Assembly: GCF_014656435.1 (NCBI RefSeq)
Contig: NZ_BNCK01000006.1
Span: 1 to 64,000, forward strand
Source of the DNA: Thalassotalea marina
GTDB lineage: Bacteria; Pseudomonadota; Gammaproteobacteria; Enterobacterales; Alteromonadaceae
Direction of reading: 5' to 3'
DNA: 64,000 nt
Shown: piece by piece, positions 9,798 to 19,325 of the stretch
Position numbering within the stretch: position 1 is the first letter of the stretch
Layout: each line of letters opens with the position of its first letter
Position numbers and translations under genes: made by a program
The notes under the pieces: model-generated
What the model saw: the letters and a program-made list of their open reading frames with translations, nothing else
What the model was told of the DNA's origin: nothing
The model's database searches: none

Positions 9798-11105
9798 ATG
9801 AAGATTTTTAAACAAGTTACTTTTTGCCTATTAACTATTTATTTAACTTTTGGTGTGATAAATCAATCTATCGCAAATGACACGATACAATTTAACACCA
9901 ACGAATTTAACGCTAATAAATCATTAGTCATAAAACTACCCGAAAGTTATCAGCAATCGCCCAATCGACATTACCCTGTTGTTTACCTGTTAAATGCTAA
10001 CGACTTTTATTTTGGTGATATCACCGAGCATTTTGAACAAACCATCACACGACTAACTTTGCAAAATCGCATTCCTGAAAGCATTGTTGTCTACGTGAAT
10101 AATAAATCTTGGTATCAAGACGCTATAAACCAAGGTGACAGTTTTACAACTTTTTTAACTGATGAGGCGATTACAGCAATCAGCAGTAAGTACCGAGTGT
10201 TAAACAAGCACATACTCGTTGGACATTCGTACACAGGTGCTCTTATGGCAAAAAGTTTTGCCAAGCTGAGTAAGGCATTTACTCATCAACTGATCATTTC
10301 ACCAATATTCCCAGACGTTGATTTTATCCGAGGTGCAGCCAATGCTCAGCAGCCGTCAATGACCAAATACCAGCAAGCACTCTTATTTGTTGACCCGCAA
10401 AATCAACTAGATGTTAGCTTATTAACTGACATGTTATCGGCATCACAATTGCCAGAGTATTTTGATGTTAGCGTTGAACAACACACGGGGCACTTCACTG
10501 TGTTACCTGTTGCAATAACTAAAGGTATGGCAAAGATCTATGCAGACTTTTTACTGACTGAAGAAAAGTCAACGCCACTTAGTCTTGAGCAAATCAAAAG
10601 CCAATATTTAGCCGTACAAAATAAATATCAACAACCTACTGAACGCCAAGACATAGACAGTATTATTACCGCTTTTGCCTCGAGCTATTTAGAACAAGGC
10701 TATTTTGAGCAGGCTTTTGATTTGTGGCAGCACAGTAAAACTAAATTTAGACATTATTTTATTAACAGAGCGGCACAGCGTTTCATGGCTAAACATAACT
10801 ACCAAAGCGCAGAGCAAGTATGGCTAGGGCTAGCTAAAATATTTCCAAACTCTCCTTACGTTTGGCAACACCTTTTAAACCTTGCTGATACAACAAACAA
10901 TAACAAACTAAAACAACATGCTACGTTAGGCTTTGATAGTGCCGTTAAGCAATTTACACAACAAGATCACGCCATGTGGCTGGCCTATATCGAACAAACA
11001 CAGTCGATCAATCAACAGTTAAAACAAGCAGTATTAATCCGAGTTCTGCAGCAAGAGCCAAATAATGAAAAAGCACAAAGTCTTTTACTTAAACAGCATG
11101 ACTAA
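9798..11105 (+). CDS. Secreted esterase-family alpha/beta hydrolase with C-terminal TPR-like repeats (paralog of 5838-7160)
   Basis: Signal peptide. HYPVVYLLNANDFYFG. Nucleophile elbow ILVGHSYTGAL (GxSxG). C-terminal helical repeats. GAGGA RBS before the ATG. Confidence 0.65.
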   Translation: MKIFKQVTFCLLTIYLTFGVINQSIANDTIQFNTNEFNANKSLVIKLPESYQQSPNRHYPVVYLLNANDFYFGDITEHFEQTITRLTLQNRIPESIVVYVNNKSWYQDAINQGDSFTTFLTDEAITAISSKYRVLNKHILVGHSYTGALMAKSFAKLSKAFTHQLIISPIFPDVDFIRGAANAQQPSMTKYQQALLFVDPQNQLDVSLLTDMLSASQLPEYFDVSVEQHTGHFTVLPVAITKGMAKIYADFLLTEEKSTPLSLEQIKSQYLAVQNKYQQPTERQDIDSIITAFASSYLEQGYFEQAFDLWQHSKTKFRHYFINRAAQRFMAKHNYQSAEQVWLGLAKIFPNSPYVWQHLLNLADTTNNNKLKQHATLGFDSAVKQFTQQDHAMWLAYIEQTQSINQQLKQAVLIRVLQQEPNNEKAQSLLLKQHD

Positions 11106-11149
11106 GTGACATACCTCACGCCCCAATTTAAGCGCTTTAAGAAGTTAAC

Positions 11150-14100
11150 TTACTCAATGGAGTTAACTTCATCACTGCTATCTACTTTTGTCTGATTTTT
11201 ATTGTCAGTTGACAGTTCTCTGCTGATTTTTTGGATTGGCGTTTCTTTTGTTGTCGAAGCTTTCCCCGCCGGATGATTCAAATTCGACAACACATTTACC
11301 AGCTCGCCGTCTAATTGCTGCTTGTCAGCAAGTGTCTGTGCAAGAGGTGAAAATACGCTTTCAAGTTGCTGAGAGAACAAGCCAAGCACTTCACTTAAAT
11401 CATGACCTTGCTCAGATTTAGCTGATTTGTTTGGCTTTAAATCACGAACAGCGTCAGTTAGCTCAGATAAGTTAACACTATTGGGTTGTTGTAATATCTT
11501 CGCCAAATTTGTCAATTCCTTCTGCACCAATGAAACTTGCGAAGCAATATTGGCCACAGGGTTGTCACTACCACCCAGATTTTTATGGCGTACGTACTCT
11601 TCTTTGATTTGTAACCAACGATGCTGATCTTCTGGAGTTAAGGTGTTTCTTAACTCACCAAGCTTAAGTAAATTCTCTTCAGCACCAACCGTTAATGTTT
11701 GTGCTTCACCGCGATAGTGATCGGCTATCAGCTGCTCAATTTCTTGCTCTGTCATCACAGGCACAACTTTTTCTGCCATTTTATTCATGTTGCGATAACT
11801 TCCCTGCAACTTAAATGGCGGCTCTATCCGATATTTATCATCTTGAGCGGCAGAGGCAATATACTGCTCGTTGGTTTTTAACACCGTTTGTTGTATTTGC
11901 CTAATGCGCTTAATCACTGCGATGATTTCGTTAACTTCTGCTTGAGAGTATCCGTGTTTTAAATCACTGGCATTGACCGGTTCGCCATCAGCTTGTTTGA
12001 TCAGCTGATACAAGTCATCCATATCTCGTGTTGCCAATGGTGCTAAATAACGGTTACTGGTTAATGAGTTTTCGATAAAACTCAATGAAAATTCATATTC
12101 TCGGCCACTTAGCGTGTCACCTAGATTATAAATATCTGCTCGGTTCGCCAACATGTCTGGGATAGTGAACGCTTCGCCAGACTCTGTATAAGGGTTGCCC
12201 GCCATGATCACAGCAAACTTTTTACCGCGTAAGTCGTACGTTTTGCTTTGTCCTTGCCATACACCATCAACCTTTCGAGAGCCATCACACAGTGAAATAA
12301 ACTTTTGCAAAAACTCAGGGTGAGTGTGCTGAATATCATCGAGATACAACATCACGTTGTTACCCATTTCAAACGCTAGGTTAATTTTTTCTACTTCACT
12401 CCTAGCCGTTGAGTTATTTGCTTGCTCGGGATCGAGTGACACTTGGTCATGACCAATAGAAGGGCAATTAACCTTAACAAAAGTCATACCTAACTTACTG
12501 GCAACATATTCAATTAACGTAGTTTTACCGTAACCTGGTGGAGAAATAAGTAACAATAAGCCCATTAAATCGGAACGCTTTTGGTTGCCTGCTGCGCCAA
12601 TTTGTTTTGCTAAATTAGCCCCAATGATCGGAAAATAAACATCGTTAATTAACTTGTTTCGTACAAAAGAAGATAAAGCTTTAGGCTGAAATTCACGCAT
12701 ATTCAGCTGGGTTCGCTTGTGCTCTAATACTTGTTGTTTTTGCTGATGAAATTGCTTAAATGCTGGCACATGTACATCAACAAATTCTGTTAACCTTGAA
12801 ACAAACTCTTGATAATTAATAGTCAGCTGACGATCAACAATATTGCCGTGTTGCCCTAAGAGTTCCGAGACTGTTTTGTCCGTTTCAGCGGACGAGCTAT
12901 AAAACTGAGCAGCCTCGCCAAAGGTCATTAAACATGCAGCTTCCACTAAAGTATCTTCTGCTGCCTTGATCTGTTGATTCTCAGAAAAGGCACTTAGCCA
13001 AGCATAATAAAGTGCATATTGCTGCCCTGTGTGCTGGCAGGCACCAATTGCTTGTCCAATAGAATGTTCTAAGTTATTAGCTTTGAGTTGTAGTTTTAGG
13101 TCTTTAACGAGAGTTTGACTGGCTTCTTTGGTCACAAAGCTAGAATTACCCTGTGACAATTCTTCGAGTAAATAACGTGCCGCCAAAGCAGGTTGAGCGC
13201 TCAACCATACATGTTGCTGCTGAAAATCACTCAACAGTTCAGTAAATTCAGCTAATAAATCGTTGCGCAGTCCACTAGAGCCAAAGGTTTGCTCCATCAT
13301 ATTTAAATTTACGCAACGGTTTTGTATATCGATACGACTATTATCATTGAGCTGCATGCACCAAAAAGCAAGTACTAGGCGCTTTTCTTGGCAAGGATAA
13401 GCAAGTAAACCAATATCAGCTTTTAACGATAACAAAGCGTTTAAAATCGCCACTGCGTCTTGGTCATGTACCCCCTTGTCATAACCTTCTTGATACCGTT
13501 GTTCGACATAACGTTGAACAACTTTTATCAAGCTATTATCACTTGCGGCGGCGGTTAATTCGGCGATAGCTTGCAGCCCTTTCTTTTCAGCGTCAAATAA
13601 AATACTTGCCGCCAGATATTCACCGCGATACACCGTGCTATTTTCTGATATTAGGTCTTGTTGCCATAAATATTGAGTACCAGCAAACATCGAGCTGTCT
13701 ATGACTTCAAAATATTCACTGCCAGAAATATGCAACAGCATCTCGTTATCTCTTGGCAGTAACGTTAGCTCTGGCTGTTGCTTATTCACGGAAAATTGAT
13801 GATCGCCAATTTTAACTAAACTGCCGTCTGCCGAATAAATATCTGACTTATCACGTAATGCTCGAACCGCCTGCTCTTTAGCGTTTTTTAACTTAGCGTC
13901 TACATCGTCAGCTTTAACATGATCATCTAAGGCTCTAAGCTGCTCAACTAACTGTCTAAGCTTTGTCACCATAGGGTCTGCGGCAAAATAGCTATTGAGT
14001 TTATCTAGGCTGTCAAAACCACTGGTTCGACGGTCGATTCCAGACAAAATACGCTCTGCCGCTGTAAATAACGTCAAACAGCGCTTTTGCTGCGCATCCA

Positions 14101-16387
14101 TCAATTGCTGTTTATGCTGCTCGAAGTTGTCATATACTTCATCGCGTTTTGCCAAGATTTCGCCATGAAACTCATCATAGTCACTAAATTGGCTTTCTAA
14201 TTCTTCCAGCTGGATCAATAACTGCGATAGCTGCTGATCACACTCTTGAGGTGTGTTACTGGCGTTGAGCGCACTGGTTACGCTTTGGTTTAGTAATTTA
14301 AATCGTGCGCCAAATTCAGCACGAGCTTCATCAATACCAACATTTTTCACTGCTAGATCAGCGTTAGCATTAACTCGGTTAACTAAACTAAAAACCGCAG
14401 AGATATCTTCCAGAATACGTGTACGTTGTCTGCTGTCTTCAATATCTATCGACAACATAGTTTGATTAAGTAACTCAAGCCCTGCAATAAGCGTTTCAAT
14501 GCGCTCTTTAATCGGTTTTAGCGCAGAAATTGCATCACATTGAGCCACTGCCTGTTCAATCGATTCTATTTCTTGATAATAAGGTGTTAATGCATTTTCT
14601 TGCTGTAAAAAATCAGCCGTTTGTTGGCTTAATGATTTGCTTAATTGGTCAAGTTGTTGGTCTATTTGATCGATGGCCTCAACATCAATGTATTTAAGTT
14701 CTTTGTGAGAAATAAGCTCACCTTTAAAGCCAGATAATGCCACCAAACCTTCAACATATTGTGCCGCATTATCTGCCGACATATCGGCCAATTCACTTGA
14801 AAGTTGCGCAAACTTCTCTTTTGCGCCAATCAATGTTTCATCTGAGTTTTGCTTAATTGCGGTAACTTTTTCAAACTCATCTAATGCCAATTCTGCCGCT
14901 TCAACCACCTGTTGTAACAATGCATACAAAGAAGCTAGCTCTGAATCATTTAACCAGTGATAGTGGTCAAACAGTTGCTTCGCCTCTTTGACCAAATCGT
15001 TAAAGTGCACCATGCTAGGCGTTTTAACGCCAATTAATTTAACCACGCTGTAAAGTGCAGAAATACCTCTTACTAATTCTGCATTACCTATTTTTCCAAA
15101 GAAGCTGTTATCCGCTGGTTGGCTGCTCGCGTGCTCTTCACTGCAAAATGGTGTTGTCCATATTTGCATTGAGTGCAGTCTTGATGGCTCAGATTCGGCT
15201 GCAAAAATTACTGCTCGGCCATTTTCGTAAATACTTTGACCATGACCGTAAATCGGGTTTTGTAGCGTTCTCGTAATTAAGTTATAAGCAAACAACGCAT
15301 ATTGGCCTGCACTTGGCTCATAAAAGATGTAGAGAAAGTCTTCACCGTTAGGTGACTTGATAATGCGGTGAAGCTCTAAATTATCGGATTTGTCATCAAA
15401 ACTTTTATGGTCACCATTTTGTAAGTAATAGCCACCGGGGAAAATAATGCCATGATCTTCTGGTAATTGAATACAGGAATTTGCAATGGCATCTTGTCGC
15501 AAGACCTGCTGAGTTTTGGTATTAAAAATTAAATGGCGAGTGTGCTCTTCACGATAAGGCTTCACCTTTAACAGGATCAGTTCACCAACCATAGCATAAT
15601 CAATATCAGCATCATCAAGTGACTGGTGTGTATCTTCCACTGGTTCACTATAAATGCCTTCGCCTGCCTCAGTATTATTTTCCACTTTGAGTGTTAGATT
15701 GCCACCCGTGCATTCTACAAACAAAGTATCAAACAAGTTGTAATGGGCAAACTTGCCACTTACTTGCTGGTCACGAGTTACACTTTGCCATTCAAAATCA
15801 AAGTTTTCAGGCTGTTTTAGTGCACGTTCGCCTCGGTTATCGATGTAAGTCACTTGGTGGTTAGCATCGATTGCCCACTGAAATACCCGAATATCATCGA
15901 GACGTTCACCTATCTGAAATATGGCAAACACTTTGCTGCCTTGACGGTAAACATGTGCTAGGAATGTTTTTTTGTAATAGGTGTATAGCTCATCAAAATC
16001 ACGAACAAATTCTGGCTCTTCCAGAAAACTGCCTTCAATAGGTAAGTCGACAATATCGACACCTTCGTCGGTAACTTCCAACTTATGCAAACTGAAAACA
16101 TCCGCCACGGTGATGTTACGTTTTAGACCCAAAAATACGTTGTAGCCAAAAAGTAAGATATCACCAATGGCTGCGATATCACGAGCAACGCAGTTGTTTT
16201 CTGTTCTCACTCTAACACGAGACTCAACCGCCATATCGGTATCACCAAAGGTATTGATACGATCGGTGTTAAGTTGTTGAATTTGTGTATTTAGCTCTGT
16301 ACCTAGGTGGGTCAGTCTACGCTGAATTAGCTCGTAAGAACCGCCTTCTGCAACAGCCTGATTAGTGACATTGTCCTGAATTGCCAT
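11150..16387 (-). CDS. Giant (1745 aa) multidomain protein: N-terminal ~420-aa beta-rich region, ~800-aa alpha-helical/coiled-coil middle, and a single AAA+ ATPase module (AAA_5/MoxR-dynein-like) at residues ~1270-1450
   Basis: Walker A ISPPGYGKTTL (DNA ~12520-12545). Walker B VMLYLDDIQH (DD rather than DE). Sensor-1-like AVIMAGNPYT and RADIYNLGD. ATG with a GGAG RBS. It is the last gene of the patatin/NfeD/flotillin operon. No TM segments seen. Confidence 0.75.
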   Translation of the reverse strand: MAIQDNVTNQAVAEGGSYELIQRRLTHLGTELNTQIQQLNTDRINTFGDTDMAVESRVRVRTENNCVARDIAAIGDILLFGYNVFLGLKRNITVADVFSLHKLEVTDEGVDIVDLPIEGSFLEEPEFVRDFDELYTYYKKTFLAHVYRQGSKVFAIFQIGERLDDIRVFQWAIDANHQVTYIDNRGERALKQPENFDFEWQSVTRDQQVSGKFAHYNLFDTLFVECTGGNLTLKVENNTEAGEGIYSEPVEDTHQSLDDADIDYAMVGELILLKVKPYREEHTRHLIFNTKTQQVLRQDAIANSCIQLPEDHGIIFPGGYYLQNGDHKSFDDKSDNLELHRIIKSPNGEDFLYIFYEPSAGQYALFAYNLITRTLQNPIYGHGQSIYENGRAVIFAAESEPSRLHSMQIWTTPFCSEEHASSQPADNSFFGKIGNAELVRGISALYSVVKLIGVKTPSMVHFNDLVKEAKQLFDHYHWLNDSELASLYALLQQVVEAAELALDEFEKVTAIKQNSDETLIGAKEKFAQLSSELADMSADNAAQYVEGLVALSGFKGELISHKELKYIDVEAIDQIDQQLDQLSKSLSQQTADFLQQENALTPYYQEIESIEQAVAQCDAISALKPIKERIETLIAGLELLNQTMLSIDIEDSRQRTRILEDISAVFSLVNRVNANADLAVKNVGIDEARAEFGARFKLLNQSVTSALNASNTPQECDQQLSQLLIQLEELESQFSDYDEFHGEILAKRDEVYDNFEQHKQQLMDAQQKRCLTLFTAAERILSGIDRRTSGFDSLDKLNSYFAADPMVTKLRQLVEQLRALDDHVKADDVDAKLKNAKEQAVRALRDKSDIYSADGSLVKIGDHQFSVNKQQPELTLLPRDNEMLLHISGSEYFEVIDSSMFAGTQYLWQQDLISENSTVYRGEYLAASILFDAEKKGLQAIAELTAAASDNSLIKVVQRYVEQRYQEGYDKGVHDQDAVAILNALLSLKADIGLLAYPCQEKRLVLAFWCMQLNDNSRIDIQNRCVNLNMMEQTFGSSGLRNDLLAEFTELLSDFQQQHVWLSAQPALAARYLLEELSQGNSSFVTKEASQTLVKDLKLQLKANNLEHSIGQAIGACQHTGQQYALYYAWLSAFSENQQIKAAEDTLVEAACLMTFGEAAQFYSSSAETDKTVSELLGQHGNIVDRQLTINYQEFVSRLTEFVDVHVPAFKQFHQQKQQVLEHKRTQLNMREFQPKALSSFVRNKLINDVYFPIIGANLAKQIGAAGNQKRSDLMGLLLLISPPGYGKTTLIEYVASKLGMTFVKVNCPSIGHDQVSLDPEQANNSTARSEVEKINLAFEMGNNVMLYLDDIQHTHPEFLQKFISLCDGSRKVDGVWQGQSKTYDLRGKKFAVIMAGNPYTESGEAFTIPDMLANRADIYNLGDTLSGREYEFSLSFIENSLTSNRYLAPLATRDMDDLYQLIKQADGEPVNASDLKHGYSQAEVNEIIAVIKRIRQIQQTVLKTNEQYIASAAQDDKYRIEPPFKLQGSYRNMNKMAEKVVPVMTEQEIEQLIADHYRGEAQTLTVGAEENLLKLGELRNTLTPEDQHRWLQIKEEYVRHKNLGGSDNPVANIASQVSLVQKELTNLAKILQQPNSVNLSELTDAVRDLKPNKSAKSEQGHDLSEVLGLFSQQLESVFSPLAQTLADKQQLDGELVNVLSNLNHPAGKASTTKETPIQKISRELSTDNKNQTKVDSSDEVNSIE

Positions 16388-16450
16388 GAAAAACTCCGTG
16401 AAGATTGGGCAGCCACTTATGTTATTTAGAGCATAAGTGGCTTAGTAACA

Positions 16451-18433
16451 CTATTTAACGTCGGTTGTATTTTTGTCACCTAAATTTAATAAGTTTGCCA
16501 ACATACCTTTTTGGCTATCGTCTGCGTTGTTCAGTGTTGATAACAACTTAGCCATATTAACGTTTTTCAATGTTTCACTGGTTTGATTAACCCCTGAAAG
16601 CACCCCTCCTAAATCATCCATAATATTGCGATCACCGTTTAATTGATCTTTGAACAGGCTTTGAACCGTTTCACTCTCGTTAACTAAGCCATCAATTGAT
16701 TTACCAACGGTAATAGACTTCATGAACTGTCTTAAGAACTCTCCGTCACCGCCCATGATATTAATATTGGCTTCTGCAAGTGCAGTTGCTAGAACTTGGG
16801 CTTGTTTTTCAGCTAAATCAACGCTGTTATCTAGTTTTGCAAGCGTCAACTCACGTTCTTGATTTAAGCGTAAGCCAAAGGTTTCAAATTCACGCGCTTG
16901 CTCTGACATGGCGTTTAATACTTCTTGTTTCTCTCTTAAACCTGTTGCCTCTGCTAGGGCTTTTTCTTCGATACCTTTTGCTTCGGCAGTCAATTTAAGT
17001 TCAAGCGACTTAGCAATCGCCTCACCTTCTTTCTCTTTAGCCTCAGCTTGCGCCAATGTTACTTGTGCATCAGCTAAACCAGCTGACGCGGCTTCTGCTT
17101 GGTTACCTTCAGCAAGGATCTTCTTAGCTTCCGACTGTTTAGACGCGGCTTTTAACTCTGCATCAGCAATAACTTGTAGCTCTTTCGCTTTAAATTCTGC
17201 AGCCTGCTCTTTAGCCTTAGCTGCTTCAATATCTTTAACTAACGCTTCTTCTGCTTCAGCCTGTGCTTTTATTACTTGTTCGTCTTTTAGGCGCGTTGCT
17301 TGTGATACCACGCGAAGATCTTTAATTCGCTCTTCTTCTTCCGCAACACTTTTTTCAACCGCTATACGCTCTTTTTGCACCTGAGCAATATTTTTACGTT
17401 CAACTTCTAGCGCTTTTTCTTTATCTATACGTAAAGTTTCTACTTCTTTTTCACGGTCAATAGATTCAATTTGACGAGCGCGAGTTACTTTTTCTTGTTC
17501 AATTGCCACAGCTCTTAAGCGGTTCTGTTCAGCAACTTCAGCTTCACGCATTTTGTTTTCTTCAGCAATAGCAACAGCTTGCTCTGTTTGAATGCGTGCT
17601 TGCTCAGACTTAGCTCGCTCTTCTTCAACAATTTTAGCTGTTTCTGCTTCTTCTCTTGCTTTAACAGTAGCAATCTCACGTGCTTGTTTAGCGGATGCAT
17701 CAGCCAACTGGCGGTCCAGCTCTAATCGTTTTTCTTCTGCTTCAATGTCTTGACGTTTAATTCGTATTTCTTCTTGGCGTTTTAAATCGTTAGTTTGAAC
17801 ACTTTGTTGCGCCGTTAATTCAGTGATTCTGCGAATACCTTCTGAATCCATAATGTTGTTTGGATCAAGATCGTTAATTGACGTTTGCTCTAAAAAGTCG
17901 ATGGCAACATCTTCTAAAACAAAACCAGATAAATCTTGCCCAATCACTTCTTTAATTTTGTCTCTAAAAATATCACGCTGAGTAAATAATTCAGTAAAGT
18001 TAAGCTGTTTACCTACCGTTTTAAGGGCTTCTGAAAATTTCGCTTCGAATAATTCTTGTAATGTTTCAGGGTACGCAGAACGTTCACAACCTACCTGCTT
18101 AGCAACACGTAAAATGTCTTCTTTAGTTTCATTTACACGGATATAAAAGGTGATGATGATGTCAGCACGAATATTATCTTGGCATATCAAACCAGAGCGA
18201 CCTTTACGCTCCAGTACCATACGCTTTGTTGAAATATCCATAACTTCTTTTTTATGGATAATTGGAATGACCATGCCACCAGTTGTACTAATGGTAGGCT
18301 CAGCTCTGAGCTTATTGATAATGAGGGCTTTGCCTTGTTCTACTTTGTTATAAAACTTCGCCACCATGATTAATAAAGAAAAGACGACTAATACGCCAAT
18401 GCCAATAGCTAGGTAAAGTGGTTCCATTACCAT
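16451..18433 (-). CDS. Flotillin-like SPFH/band-7 protein (YqiK-like) with a long E/A/K-rich coiled coil
   Basis: N-terminal TM (LAIGIGVLVVFSLLIMVA) followed by an SPFH core (…MVIPIIHKKEVMDISTKRMVLERKGRSGLICQDNIRADIIITFYIRV…). Then ~300 aa of EA-rich heptad repeats. 660 aa. Confidence 0.8.
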   Translation of the reverse strand: MVMEPLYLAIGIGVLVVFSLLIMVAKFYNKVEQGKALIINKLRAEPTISTTGGMVIPIIHKKEVMDISTKRMVLERKGRSGLICQDNIRADIIITFYIRVNETKEDILRVAKQVGCERSAYPETLQELFEAKFSEALKTVGKQLNFTELFTQRDIFRDKIKEVIGQDLSGFVLEDVAIDFLEQTSINDLDPNNIMDSEGIRRITELTAQQSVQTNDLKRQEEIRIKRQDIEAEEKRLELDRQLADASAKQAREIATVKAREEAETAKIVEEERAKSEQARIQTEQAVAIAEENKMREAEVAEQNRLRAVAIEQEKVTRARQIESIDREKEVETLRIDKEKALEVERKNIAQVQKERIAVEKSVAEEEERIKDLRVVSQATRLKDEQVIKAQAEAEEALVKDIEAAKAKEQAAEFKAKELQVIADAELKAASKQSEAKKILAEGNQAEAASAGLADAQVTLAQAEAKEKEGEAIAKSLELKLTAEAKGIEEKALAEATGLREKQEVLNAMSEQAREFETFGLRLNQERELTLAKLDNSVDLAEKQAQVLATALAEANINIMGGDGEFLRQFMKSITVGKSIDGLVNESETVQSLFKDQLNGDRNIMDDLGGVLSGVNQTSETLKNVNMAKLLSTLNNADDSQKGMLANLLNLGDKNTTDVK

Positions 18434-18500
18434 GTGTTCTTCCTCTTTGTAGATGTTGGCCTATATTAACGGCCTAAAATATGGGTAGGTTATATTCAAA

Positions 18501-19127
18501 TTAGATTGCATAACGTGCAACGATATAGACGTGCGAATCAGCGTTATATTCGATGAGTAACACTTTGTCGCCACGATTAAAAAGCTGATCTTCGGCGCAA
18601 CGAACATCAAGTAAGATTTCTGCACCGTCGTTAAAAATTTTTGCTTGACCAAATGTTGGCGTCACGCTGCTTGTTGAAATGGTTGCTTCTAAACCAACAA
18701 ACTTAGCACTGCTTGCCGTTTCAGCAGTGGCAAACATAGACTTAAATGGTCTTAACATGATTGCCGCTATTGGCAGTGAGATAAAAAAGATAACGACATT
18801 TGCAATCGCCCCAGCGCCAAAATACAGCCAACCACTGGGTAACAAATCAAGCACATAATACTGTGTGTAAACGCTGATTAGCCAACACACGAGAGCAACA
18901 ATGCTAATGACCAGTGTGAAAGGAATACCAGATAAGCCAAACGTTAACATAAAGCCAGATAGACCACCTATTGAACCATCGGCGTCAATATCCGCGTCAA
19001 CATCACCAGAGAAGTCTAAGTCGACCAGCCCTAAAAGACCAACAATCCAATAAACAACGACAACTCCCAATACCACAGAAAATATGACAGTTGGGAAGTT
19101 AGTAGAGACTTGAAATAGCTCTTCCAT
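18501..19127 (-). CDS. NfeD-like (YqiJ/YuaF-like) membrane protein with a C-terminal OB-fold
   Basis: Four hydrophobic segments, then a C-terminal beta-rich tail (KFVGLEATISTSSVTPTFGQAKIFNDGAEILLDVRCAEDQLFNRGDKVLLIEYN). It has the canonical position upstream of the flotillin gene. Confidence 0.7.
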   Translation of the reverse strand: MEELFQVSTNFPTVIFSVVLGVVVVYWIVGLLGLVDLDFSGDVDADIDADGSIGGLSGFMLTFGLSGIPFTLVISIVALVCWLISVYTQYYVLDLLPSGWLYFGAGAIANVVIFFISLPIAAIMLRPFKSMFATAETASSAKFVGLEATISTSSVTPTFGQAKIFNDGAEILLDVRCAEDQLFNRGDKVLLIEYNADSHVYIVARYAI

Positions 19128-19325
19128 GCTTCATCCTAAAAATACATCACCTAATAGCAAGGAGCATCTAAAGCAATGTGTATTATCAATAAGTTGATTA
19201 GTACCTAGCACCATCAACGTAAACAATTTGTTAATAATAGAGAAACTACCACACAAAAATACGACTGCCTATAAAAAATTTCTGCTAAGCCTTTGTGCTT
19301 ATTCAAACCTTGCTATTGAATTGAA

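Noticed and set aside
11141-11170. AT-rich inverted repeat gaagttaac…gttaacttc at the convergent junction of esterase-2 and the giant ORF
   Set aside because: The stem is weak and AT-rich and overlaps the last codons of the giant ORF. There is no flanking U-run, so I do not call it a terminator.
16780-17384. Plus-strand ORFs (16780-16998, 16908-17384) encoding Ala/Ser/Leu-rich products inside the flotillin gene
   Set aside because: They are antisense to the GAA/GCT/AAA-rich coiled-coil coding region. The low-complexity translation is an artefact of the opposite strand of an E/A/K repeat.
17515-17700. K/L-rich 61-aa ORF in another frame of the flotillin gene
   Set aside because: It is a same-strand out-of-frame ORF within a repetitive coiled-coil coding region, and no RBS precedes it.
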